The notes under the pieces: generated by a model | Databases searched by the model: none | Told to the model about the DNA's origin: nothing | The model's input: only the letters and a program-made list of their open reading frames with translations | Shown here: one piece after another, positions 26,401-39,500 of the stretch | Layout: every line of letters begins with the position of its first letter | Position numbering within the stretch: position 1 is the stretch's first letter | Assembly: GCA_964057225.1 (NCBI GenBank) | Contig: OZ059894.1 | Coordinates: 3,038,001-3,102,000, forward strand | DNA length: 64,000 bases | Direction: 5' to 3' | Origin: Auanema rhodensis | Taxonomy: Eukaryota; Animalia; Nematoda | Made by a program: the position numbers and the translations under genes

Positions 26401-29319
26401 TTTTTCGTTGAATAACATTGTCCATCGTCTTTGCCTTGAAAAAAGGAATCTAAAAACATCTACTTTTCGCTAAATTATTTTGAAATTTTTCGAAAAAATT
26501 TTTGTCAAAATGTTTTTGGAAGCAATGTTGAGTGTACATGGAAACTCAACATACACTAATGCATCATTTTTCAAACAATCATAACTAATTTTTGTATTAA
26601 GCGTTTTTCAATGTAGTATAGTGCATTCGATGCGGATTTTTAAGCTGCGTCGATCTGTGTTATCCGATTTGCGCTAGCTGAAAAATGCACCGAGATATCA
26701 ACTGATATAAGTTCACACTTATATCCTCGATTTTCACCCTGAAGAATTAATTTTTTCGTTGAATAACATTGTCCATCGTCTTTGCCTTGAAAAAAAAAAT
26801 CTAAAAACATCTACTTTTTGCTAAATTATTTTGAAATTTTTCGAAAAAATTTTTTTCAAAATGATTTTGGAAGCAATGTTGAGTGTACATGGAAACTCAA
26901 CATACACTAATGCATCATTTTTCAAACGATCATAACTAATTTTTGTATTGAGCGTTTTTCAATGTAGTATAGTGCATTCGATGCGGATTTTTAAGCTGCG
27001 TCGAGCTGTGTTATCAGATTTGCGCTAGCTTAAAAATGCACCGAGATATCAACTGATATAAGTTCACACATATATCCTCGATTTTCACCCTGAAGAATTA
27101 ATTTTTTCGTTGAATAACATTGTCCATCGTCTTTGCCTTGAAAAAAGGAATCTAAAAACATCTACTTTTCGCTAAATTATTTTGAAATTTTTCGAAAAAA
27201 TTTTTGTCAAAATGTTTTTGGAAGCAATGTTGAGTGTACATGGAAACTCAACATACACTAATGCATCATTTTTCAAACGATCATAACTAATTTTTGTATT
27301 AAGCGTTTTTCAATGTAGTATAGTGCATTCGATGCGGATTTTCAAGCTGCGTCGATCTGTGTTATCAGATTTGCGCTAGCTTAAAAATGCACCGAGATAT
27401 CAACTGATATAAGTTCACACTTATATCCTCGATTTTCACCCTGAAGAATTAATTTTTTCGTTGAATAACATTGTCCATCGTCTTTGCCTTGAAAAAAGGA
27501 ATCTAAAAACATCTACTTTTCGCTAAATTATTTTGAAATTTTTCGAAAAAATTTTTGTCAAAATGTTTTTGGAAGCAATGTTGAGTGTACATGGAAACTC
27601 AACATACACTAATGCATCATTTTTCAAACAATCATAACTAATTTTTGTATTAAGCGTTTTTCAATGTAGTATAGTGCATTCGATGCGGATTTTTAAGCTG
27701 CGTCGATCTGTGTTATCCGATTTGCGCTAGCTGAAAAATGCACCGAGATATCAACTGATATAAGTTCACACTTATATCCTCGATTTTCACCCTGAAGAAT
27801 TAATTTTTTCGTTGAATAACATTGTCCATCGTCTTTGCTTTGAAGAAAGGAATCTAAAAACATCTACTTTTTGCTAAATTATTCTGAAATTTTTCGAAAA
27901 AATTTTTGTCAAAATGTTTTTGGAAGCAATGTTGAGTGTACATGGAAACTCAACATACACTAATGCATCATTTTTCAAACGATCATAACTAATTTTTGTA
28001 TTAAGCGTTTTTCAATGTAGTATAGTGCATTCGATGCGGATTTTCAAGCTGCGTCGATCTGTGTTATCAGATTTGCGCTAGCTTAAAAATGCACCGAGAT
28101 ATCAACTGATATAAGTTCACACTTATATCCTCGATTTTCACCCTGAAGAATTAATTTTTTCGATGAATAACATTGTCCATCGTCTTTGCCTTGAAAAAAG
28201 GAATCTAAAAACATCTACTTTTCGCTAAATTATTTTGAAATTTTTCGAAAAAATTTTTGTCAAAATGTTTTTGGAAGCAATGTTGAGTGTACATGGAAAC
28301 TCAACATACACTAATGCATCATTTTTCAAACAATCATAACTAATTTTTGTATTAAGCGTTTTTCAATGTAGTATAGTGCATTCGATGCGGATTTTTAAGC
28401 TGCGTCGATCTGTGTTATCCGATTTGCGCTAGCTGAAAAATGCACCGAGATATCAACTGATATAAGTTCACACTTATATCCTCGATTTTCACCCTGAAGA
28501 ATTAATTTTTTCGTTGAATAACATTGTCCATCGTCTTTGCTTTGAAGAAAGGAATCTAAAAACATCTACTTTTTGCTAAATTATTCTGAAATTTTTCGAA
28601 AAAATTTTTGTCAAAATGTTTTTGGAAGCAATGTTGAGTGTACATGGAAACTCAACATACACTAATGCATCATTTTTCAAACGATCATAACTAATTTTTG
28701 TATTAAGCGTTTTTCAATGTAGTATAGTGCATTCGATGCGGATTTTCAAGCTGCGTCGATCTGTGTTATCAGATTTGCGCTAGCTTAAAAATGCACCGAG
28801 ATATCAACTGATATAAGTTCACACTTATATCCTCGATTTTCACCCTGAAGAATTAATTTTTTCGATGAATAACATTGTCCATCGTCTTTGCCTTGAAAAA
28901 AGGAATCTAAAAACATCTACTTTTCGCTAAATTATTTTGAAATTTTTCGAAAAAATTTTTGTCAAAATGTTTTTGGAAGCAATGTTGAGTGTACATGGAA
29001 ACTCAACATACACTAATGCATCATTTTTCAAACAATCATAACTAATTTTTGTATTAAGCGTTTTTCAATGTAGTATAGTGCATTCGATGCGGATTTTCAA
29101 GCTGCGTCGATCTGTGTTATCCGATTTGCGCTAGCTGAAAAATGCACCGAGATATCAACTGATATAAGTTCACACTTATATCCTCGATTTTCACCCTGAA
29201 GAATTAATTTTTTCGTTGAATAACATTGTCCATCGTCTTTGCCTTGAAAAAAAGAATCTAAAAACATCTACTTTTTGCTAAATTATTTTGAAATTTTTCG
29301 AAAAAATTTTTGTCAAAAT

Positions 29320-32300
29320 GTTTTTGGAAGCAATGTTGAGTGTACATGGAAACTCAACATACACTAATGCATCATTTTTCAAACAATCATAACTAATTTT
29401 TGTATTAAGCGTTTTTCAATGTAGTATAGTGCATTCGATGCGGATTTTCAAGCTGCGTCGATCTGTGTTATCAGATTTGCGCTAGCTTAAAAATGCACCG
29501 AGATATCAACTGATATAAGTTCACACTTATATCCTCGATTTTCACCCTGAAGAATTAATTTTTTCGATGAATAACAATGTCCATCGTCTTTGCCTTGAAA
29601 AAAGGAATCTAAAAACATCTACTTTTCGCTAAATTATTTTGAAATTTTTCGAAAAAATTTTTGTCAAAATGTTTTTGGAAGCAATGTTGAGTGTACATGG
29701 AAACTCAACATACACTAATGCATCATTTTTCAAACAATCATAACTAATTTTTGTATTAAGCGTTTTTCAATGTAGTATAGTGCATTCGATGCGGATTTTT
29801 AAGCTGCGTCGATCTGTGTTATCCGATTTGCGCTAGCTGAAAAATGCACCGAGATATCAACTGATATAAGTTCACACTTATATCCTCGATTTTCACCCTG
29901 AAGAATTAATTTTTTCGTTGAATAACATTGTCCATCGTCTTTGCCTTGAAAAAAAGAATCTAAAAACATCTACTTTTTGCTAAATTATTTTGAAATTTTT
30001 CGAAAAAATTTTTGTCAAAATGTTTTTGGAAGCAATGTTGAGTGTACATGGAAACTCAACATACACTAATGCATCATTTTTCAAACGATCATAACTAATT
30101 TTTGTATTGAGCGTTTTTCAATGTAGTATAGTGCATTCGATGCGGATTTTTAAGCTGCGTCGATCTGTGTTATCCGATTTGCGCTAGCTGAAAAATGCAC
30201 CGAGATATCAACTGATATAAGTTCACACTTATATCCTCGATTTTCACCCTGAAGAATTAATTTTTTCGTTGAATAACATTGTCCATCGTCTTTGCCTTGA
30301 AAAAAAGAATCTAAAAACATCTACTTTTTGCTAAATTATTTTGAAATTTTTCGAAAAAATTTTTGTCAAAATGTTTTTGGAAGCAATGTTGAGTGTACAT
30401 GGAAACTCAACATACACTAATGCATCATTTTTCAAACGATCATAACTAATTTTTGTATTAAGCGTTTTTTAATGTAGTATAGTGCATTCGATGCGGATTT
30501 TCAAGCTGCGTCGATCTGTGTTATCAGATTTGAGCTAGCTTAAAAATGCACCGAGATATCAACTGATATAAGTTCACACTTATATCCTCGATTTTCACCC
30601 TGAAGAATTAATTTTTTCGATGAATAACATTGTCCATCGTCTTTGCCTTGAAAAAAGGAATCTAAAAACATCTACTTTTTGCTAAATTATTCTGAAATTT
30701 TTCGAAAAAATTTTTGTCAAAATGTTTTTGGAAGCAATGTTGAGTGTACATGGAAACTCAACATACACTAATGCATCATTTTTCAAACGATCATAACTAA
30801 TTTTTGTATTAAGCGTTTTTCAATGTAGTATAGTGCATTCGATGCGGATTTTCAAGCTGCGTCGATCTGTGTTATCAGATTTGCGCTAGCTTAAAAATGC
30901 ACCGAGATATCAACTGATATAAGTTCACACTTATATCCTCGATTTTCACCCTGAAGAATTAATTTTTTCGATGAATAACATTGTCCATCGTCTTTGCCTT
31001 GAAAAAAGGAATCTAAAAACATCTACTTTTCGCTAAATTATTTTGAAATTTTTCGAAAAAATTTTTGTCAAAATGTTTTTGGAAGCAATGTTGAGTGTAC
31101 ATGGAAACTCAACATACACTAATGCATCATTTTTCAAACAATCATAACTAATTTTTGTATTAAGCGTTTTTCAATGTAGTATAGTGCATTCGATGCGGAT
31201 TTTTAAGCTGCGTCGATCTGTGTTATCCGATTTGCGCTAGCTGAAAAATGCACCGAGATATCAACTGATATAAGTTCACACTTATATCCTCGATTTTCAC
31301 CCTGAAGAATTAATTTTTTCGTTGAATAACATTGTCCATCGTCTTTGCCTTGAAAAAAAAAATCTAAAAACATCTACTTTTTGCTAAATTATTTTGAAAT
31401 TTTTCGAAAAAATTTTTTTCAAAATGTTTTTGGAAGCAATGTTGAGTGTACATGGAAACTCAACATACACTAATGCATCATTTTTCAAACAATCATAACT
31501 AATTTTTGTATTAAGCGTTTTTCAATGTAGTATAGTGCATTCGATGCGGATTTTCAAGCTGCGTCGATCTGTGTTATCAGATTTGCGCTAGCTTAAAAAT
31601 GCACCGAGATATCAACTGATATAAGTTCACACTTATATCCTCGATTTTCACCCTGAAGAATTAATTTTTTCGATGAATAACAATGTCCATCGTCTTTGCC
31701 TTGAAAAAAGGAATCTAAAAACATCTACTTTTCGCTAAATTATTTTGAAATTTTTCGAAAAAATTTTTGTCAAAATGTTTTTGGAAGCAATGTTGAGTGT
31801 ACATGGAAACTCAACATACACTAATGCATCATTTTTCAAACAATCATAACTAATTTTTGTATTAAGCGTTTTTCAATGTAGTATAGTGCATTCGATGCGG
31901 ATTTTTAAGCTGCGTCGATCTGTGTTATCCGATTTGCGCTAGCTGAAAAATGCACCGAGATATCAACTGATATAAGTTCACACTTATATCCTCGATTTTC
32001 ACCCTGAAGAATTAATTTTTTCGTTGAATAACATTGTCCATCGTCTTTGCCTTGAAAAAAAGAATCTAAAAACATCTACTTTTTGCTAAATTATTTTGAA
32101 ATTTTTCGAAAAAATTTTTGTCAAAATGTTTTTGGAAGCAATGTTGAGTGTACATGGAAACTCAACATACACTAATGCATCATTTTTCAAACGATCATAA
32201 CTAATTTTTGTATTGAGCGTTTTTCAATGTAGTATAGTGCATTCGATGCGGATTTTTAAGCTGCGTCGATCTGTGTTATCCGATTTGCGCTAGCTGAAAA

Positions 32301-33530
32301 ATGCACCGAGATATCAACTGATATAAGTTCACACTTATATCCTCGATTTTCACCCTGAAGAATTAATTTTTTCGTTGAATAACATTGTCCATCGTCTTTG
32401 CCTTGAAAAAAAGAATCTAAAAACATCTACTTTTTGCTAAATTATTTTGAAATTTTTCGAAAAAATTTTTGTCAAAATGTTTTTGGAAGCAATGTTGAGT
32501 GTACATGGAAACTCAACATACACTAATGCATCATTTTTCAAACGATCATAACTAATTTTTGTATTAAGCGTTTTTTAATGTAGTATAGTGCATTCGATGC
32601 GGATTTTCAAGCTGCGTCGATCTGTGTTATCAGATTTGAGCTAGCTTAAAAATGCACCGAGATATCAACTGATATAAGTTCACACTTATATCCTCGATTT
32701 TCACCCTGAAGAATTAATTTTTTCGATGAATAACATTGTCCATCGTCTTTGCCTTGAAAAAAGGAATCTAAAAACATCTACTTTTTGCTAAATTATTCTG
32801 AAATTTTTCGAAAAAATTTTTGTCAAAATGTTTTTGGAAGCAATGTTGAGTGTACATGGAAACTCAACATACACTAATGCATCATTTTTCAAACGATCAT
32901 AACTAATTTTTGTATTAAGCGTTTTTCAATGTAGTATAGTGCATTCGATGCGGATTTTCAAGCTGCGTCGATCTGTGTTATCAGATTTGCGCTAGCTTAA
33001 AAATGCACCGAGATATCAACTGATATAAGTTCACACTTATATCCTCGATTTTCACCCTGAAGAATTAATTTTTTCGATGAATAACATTGTCCATCGTCTT
33101 TGCCTTGAAAAAAGGAATCTAAAAACATCTACTTTTCGCTAAATTATTTTGAAATTTTTCGAAAAAATTTTTGTCAAAATGTTTTTGGAAGCAATGTTGA
33201 GTGTACATGGAAACTCAACATACACTAATGCATCATTTTTCAAACAATCATAACTAATTTTTGTATTAAGCGTTTTTCAATGTAGTATAGTGCATTCGAT
33301 GCGGATTTTTAAGCTGCGTCGATCTGTGTTATCCGATTTGCGCTAGCTGAAAAATGCACCGAGATATCAACTGATATAAGTTCACACTTATATCCTCGAT
33401 TTTCACCCTGAAGAATTAATTTTTTCGTTGAATAACATTGTCCATCGTCTTTGCCTTGAAAAAAAAAATCTAAAAACATCTACTTTTTGCTAAATTATTT
33501 TGAAATTTTTCGAAAAAATTTTTTTCAAAA
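29320..33530. repeat. Local 6-monomer (2106-bp) tandem duplication (boundaries approximate)
   Basis: TTTGAGCTAG variant base at 30533 and 32639. The AACAATGT variant (about 29577 and 31683) and the all-A run (about 31353 and 33459) also recur at +2106. Confidence 0.85.
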
Positions 33531-36500
33531 TGTTTTTGGAAGCAATGTTGAGTGTACATGGAAACTCAACATACACTAATGCATCATTTTTCAAACGATC
33601 ATAACTAATTTTTGTATTGAGCGTTTTTCAATGTAGTATAGTGCATTCGATGCGGATTTTTAAGTTGCGTCGAGCTGTGTTATCAGATTTGCGCTAGCTT
33701 AAAAATGCACCGAGATATCAACTGATATAAGTTCACACATATATCCTCGATTTTCACCCTGAAGAATTAATTTTTTCGTTGAATAACATTGTCCATCGTC
33801 TTTGCCTTGAAAAAAGGAATCTAAAAACATCTACTTTTCGCTAAATTATTTTGAAATTTTTCGAAAAAATTTTTGTCAAAATGTTTTTGGAAGCAATGTT
33901 GAGTGTACATGGAAACTCAACATACACTAATGCATCATTTTTCAAACGATCATAACTAATTTTTGTATTAAGCGTTTTTCAATGTAGTATAGTGCATTCG
34001 ATGCGGATTTTCAAGCTGCGTCGATCTGTGTTATCAGATTTGCGCTAGCTTAAAAATGCACCGAGATATCAACTGATATAAGTTCACACTTATATCCTCG
34101 ATTTTCACCCTGAAGAATTAATTTTTTCGTTGAATAACATTGTCCATCGTCTTTGCCTTGAAAAAAGGAATCTAAAAACATCTACTTTTCGCTAAATTAT
34201 TTTGAAATTTTTCGAAAAAATTTTTGTCAAAATGTTTTTGGAAGCAATGTTGAGTGTACATGGAAACTCAACATACACTAATGCATCATTTTTCAAACAA
34301 TCATAACTAATTTTTGTATTAAGCGTTTTTCAATGTAGTATAGTGCATTCGATGCGGATTTTTAAGCTGCGTCGATCTGTGTTATCCGATTTGCGCTAGC
34401 TGAAAAATGCACCGAGATATCAACTGATATAAGTTCACACTTATATCCTCGATTTTCACCCTGAAGAATTAATTTTTTCGTTGAATAACATTGTCCATCG
34501 TCTTTGCTTTGAAGAAAGGAATCTAAAAACATCTACTTTTTGCTAAATTATTCTGAAATTTTTCGAAAAAATTTTTTTCAAAATGTTTTTGGAAGCAATG
34601 TTGAGTGTACATGGAAACTCAACATACACTAATGCATCATTTTTCAAACGATCATAACTAATTTTTGTATTGAGCGTTTTTCAATGTAGTATAGTGCATT
34701 CGATGCGGATTTTTAAGTTGCGTCGAGCTGTGTTATCAGATTTGCGCTAGCTTAAAAATGCACCGAGATATCAACTGATATAAGTTCACACATATATCCT
34801 CGATTTTCACCCTGAAGAATTAATTTTTTCGTTGAATAACATTGTCCATCGTCTTTGCCTTGAAAAAAGGAATCTAAAAACATCTACTTTTCGCTAAATT
34901 ATTTTGAAATTTTTCGAAAAAATTTTTGTCAAAATGTTTTTGGAAGCAATGTTGAGTGTACATGGAAACTCAACATACACTAATGCATCATTTTTCAAAC
35001 GATCATAACTAATTTTTGTATTAAGCGTTTTTCAATGTAGTATAGTGCATTCGATGCGGATTTTCAAGCTGCGTCGATCTGTGTTATCAGATTTGCGCTA
35101 GCTTAAAAATGCACCGAGATATCAACTGATATAAGTTCACACTTATATCCTCGATTTTCACCCTGAAGAATTAATTTTTTCGTTGAATAACATTGTCCAT
35201 CGTCTTTGCCTTGAAAAAAGGAATCTAAAAACATCTACTTTTCGCTAAATTATTTTGAAATTTTTCGAAAAAATTTTTGTCAAAATGTTTTTGGAAGCAA
35301 TGTTGAGTGTACATGGAAACTCAACATACACTAATGCATCATTTTTCAAACAATCATAACTAATTTTTGTATTAAGCGTTTTTCAATGTAGTATAGTGCA
35401 TTCGATGCGGATTTTTAAGCTGCGTCGATCTGTGTTATCCGATTTGCGCTAGCTGAAAAATGCACCGAGATATCAACTGATATAAGTTCACACTTATATC
35501 CTCGATTTTCACCCTGAAGAATTAATTTTTTCGTTGAATAACATTGTCCATCGTCTTTGCTTTGAAGAAAGGAATCTAAAAACATCTACTTTTTGCTAAA
35601 TTATTCTGAAATTTTTCGAAAAAATTTTTGTCAAAATGTTTTTGGAAGCAATGTTGAGTGTACATGGAAACTCAACATACACTAATGCATCATTTTTCAA
35701 ACGATCATAACTAATTTTTGTATTAAGCGTTTTTCAATGTAGTATAGTGCATTCGATGCGGATTTTCAAGCTGCGTCGATCTGTGTTATCAGATTTGCGC
35801 TAGCTTAAAAATGCACCGAGATATCAACTGATATAAGTTCACACTTATATCCTCGATTTTCACCCTGAAGAATTAATTTTTTCGATGAATAACATTGTCC
35901 ATCGTCTTTGCCTTGGAAAAAGGAATCTAAAAACATCTACTTTTCGCTAAATTATTTTGAAATTTTTCGAAAAAATTTTTGTCAAAATGTTTTTGGAAGC
36001 AATGTTGAGTGTACATGGAAACTCAACATACACTAATGCATCATTTTTCAAACGATCATAACTAATTTTTGTATTGAGCGTTTTTCAATGTAGTATAGTG
36101 CATTCGATGCGGATTTTTAAGCTGCGTCGATCTGTGTTATCCGATTTGCGCTAGCTGAAAAATGCACCGAGATATCAACTGATATAAGTTCACACTTATA
36201 TCCTCGATTTTCACCCTGAAGAATTAATTTTTTCGTTGAATAACATTGTCCATCGTGTTTGCCTTGAAAAAAAAAATCTAAAAACATCTACTTTTTGCTA
36301 AATTATTTTGAAATTTTTCGAAAAAATTTTTTTCAAAATGTTTTTGGAAGCAATGTTGAGTGTACATGGAAACTCAACATACACTAATGCATCATTTTTC
36401 AAACGATCATAACTAATTTTTGTATTGAGCGTTTTTCAATGTAGTATAGTGCATTCGATGCGGATTTTTAAGCTGCGTCGAGCTGTGTTATCAGATTTGC

Positions 36501-39500
36501 GCTAGCTTAAAAATGCACCGAGATATCAACTGATATAAGTTCACACATATATCCTCGATTTTCACCCTGAAGAATTAATTTTTTCGTTGAATAACATTGT
36601 CCATCGTCTTTGCCTTGAAAAAAGGAATCTAAAAACATCTACTTTTCGCTAAATTATTTTGAAATTTTTCGAAAAAATTTTTGTCAAAATGTTTTTGGAA
36701 GCAATGTTGAGTGTACATGGAAACTCAACATACACTAATGCATCATTTTTCAAACGATCATAACTAATTTTTGTATTAAGCGTTTTTCAATGTAGTATAG
36801 TGCATTCGATGCGGATTTTTAAGCTGCGTCGATCTGTGTTATCCGATTTGCGCTAGCTTAAAAATGCACCGAGATATCAACTGATATAAGTTCACACATA
36901 TATCCTCGATTTTCACCCTGAAGAATTAATTTTTTCGTTGAATAACATTGTCCATCGTCTTTGCCTTGAAAAAAGGAATCTAAAAACATCTACTTTTCGC
37001 TAAATTATTTTGAAATTTTTCGAAAAAATTTTTGTCAAAATGTTTTTGGAAGCAATGTTGAGTGTACATGGAAACTCAACATACACTAATGCATCATTTT
37101 TCAAACGATCATAACTAATTTTTGTATTAAGCGTTTTTCAATGTAGTATAGTGCATTCGATGCGGATTTTCAAGCTGCGTCGATCTGTGTTATCAGATTT
37201 GCGCTAGCTTAAAAATGCACCGAGATATCAACTGATATAAGTTCACACTTATATCCTCGATTTTCACCCTGAAGAATTAATTTTTTCGATGAATAACATT
37301 GTCCATCGTCTTTGCCTTGGAAAAAGGAATCTAAAAACATCTACTTTTCGCTAAATTATTTTGAAATTTTTCGAAAAAATTTTTGTCAAAATGTTTTTGG
37401 AAGCAATGTTGAGTGTACATGGAAACTCAACATACACTAATGCATCATTTTTCAAACGATCATAACTAATTTTTGTATTGAGCGTTTTTCAATGTAGTAT
37501 AGTGCATTCGATGCGGATTTTTAAGCTGCGTCGATCTGTGTTATCCGATTTGCGCTAGCTGAAAAATGCACCGAGATATCAACTGATATAAGTTCACACT
37601 TATATCCTCGATTTTCACCCTGAAGAATTAATTTTTTCGTTGAATAACATTGTCCATCGTCTTTGCCTTGAAAAAAAAAATCTAAAAACATCTACTTTTT
37701 GCTAAATTATTTTGAAATTTTTCGAAAAAATTTTTTTCAAAATGTTTTTGGAAGCAATGTTGAGTGTACATGGAAACTCAACATACACTAATGCATCATT
37801 TTTCAAACGATCATAACTAATTTTTGTATTGAGCGTTTTTCAATGTAGTATAGTGCATTCGATGCGGATTTTTAAGCTGCGTCGAGCTGTGTTATCAGAT
37901 TTGCGCTAGCTTAAAAATGCACCGAGATATCAACTGATATAAGTTCACACATATATCCTCGATTTTCACCCTGAAGAATTAATTTTTTCGTTGAATAACA
38001 TTGTCCATCGTCTTTGCCTTGAAAAAAGGAATCTAAAAACATCTACTTTTCGCTAAATTATTTTGAAATTTTTCGAAAAAATTTTTGTCAAAATGTTTTT
38101 GGAAGCAATGTTGAGTGTACATGGAAACTCAACATACACTAATGCATCATTTTTCAAACGATCATAACTAATTTTTGTATTAAGCGTTTTTCAATGTAGT
38201 ATAGTGCATTCGATGCGGATTTTCAAGCTGCGTCGATCTGTGTTATCAGATTTGCGCTAGCTTAAAAATGCACCGAGATATCAACTGATATAAGTTCACA
38301 CTTATATCCTCGATTTTCACCCTGAAGAATTAATTTTTTCGTTGAATAACATTGTCCATCGTCTTTGCCTTGAAAAAAGGAATCTAAAAACATCTACTTT
38401 TCGCTAAATTATTTTGAAATTTTTCGAAAAAATTTTTGTCAAAATGTTTTTGGAAGCAATGTTGAGTGTACATGGAAACTCAACATACACTAATGCATCA
38501 TTTTTCAAACAATCATAACTAATTTTTGTATTAAGCGTTTTTCAATGTAGTATAGTGCATTCGATGCGGATTTTTAAGCTGCGTCGATCTGTGTTATCCG
38601 ATTTGCGCTAGCTGAAAAATGCACCGAGATATCAACTGATATAAGTTCACACTTATATCCTCGATTTTCACCCTGAAGAATTAATTTTTTCGTTGAATAA
38701 CATTGTCCATCGTCTTTGCTTTGAAGAAAGGAATCTAAAAACATCTACTTTTTGCTAAATTATTCTGAAATTTTTCGAAAAAATTTTTGTCAAAATGTTT
38801 TTGGAAGCAATGTTGAGTGTACATGGAAACTCAACATACACTAATGCATCATTTTTCAAACGATCATAACTAATTTTTGTATTGAGCGTTTTTCAATGTA
38901 GTATAGTGCATTCGATGCGGATTTTTAAGCTGCGTCGATCTGTGTTATCCGATTTGCGCTAGCTGAAAAATGCACCGAGATATCAACTGATATAAGTTCA
39001 CACTTATATCCTCGATTTTCACCCTGAAGAATTAATTTTTTCGTTGAATAACATTGTCCATCGTCTTTGCCTTGAAAAAAAAAATCTAAAAACATCTACT
39101 TTTCGCTAAATTATTTTGAAATTTTTCGAAAAAATTTTTGTCAAAATGTTTTTGGAAGCAATGTTGAGTGTACATGGAAACTCAACATACACTAATGCAT
39201 CATTTTTCAAACAATCATAACTAATTTTTGTATTAAGCGTTTTTCAATGTAGTATAGTGCATTCGATGCGGATTTTTAAGCTGCGTCGATCTGTGTTATC
39301 CGATTTGCGCTAGCTGAAAAATGCACCGAGATATCAACTGATATAAGTTCACACTTATATCCTCGATTTTCACCCTGAAGAATTAATTTTTTCGTTGAAT
39401 AACATTGTCCATCGTCTTTGCTTTGAAGAAAGGAATCTAAAAACATCTACTTTTTGCTAAATTATTCTGAAATTTTTCGAAAAAATTTTTGTCAAAATGT

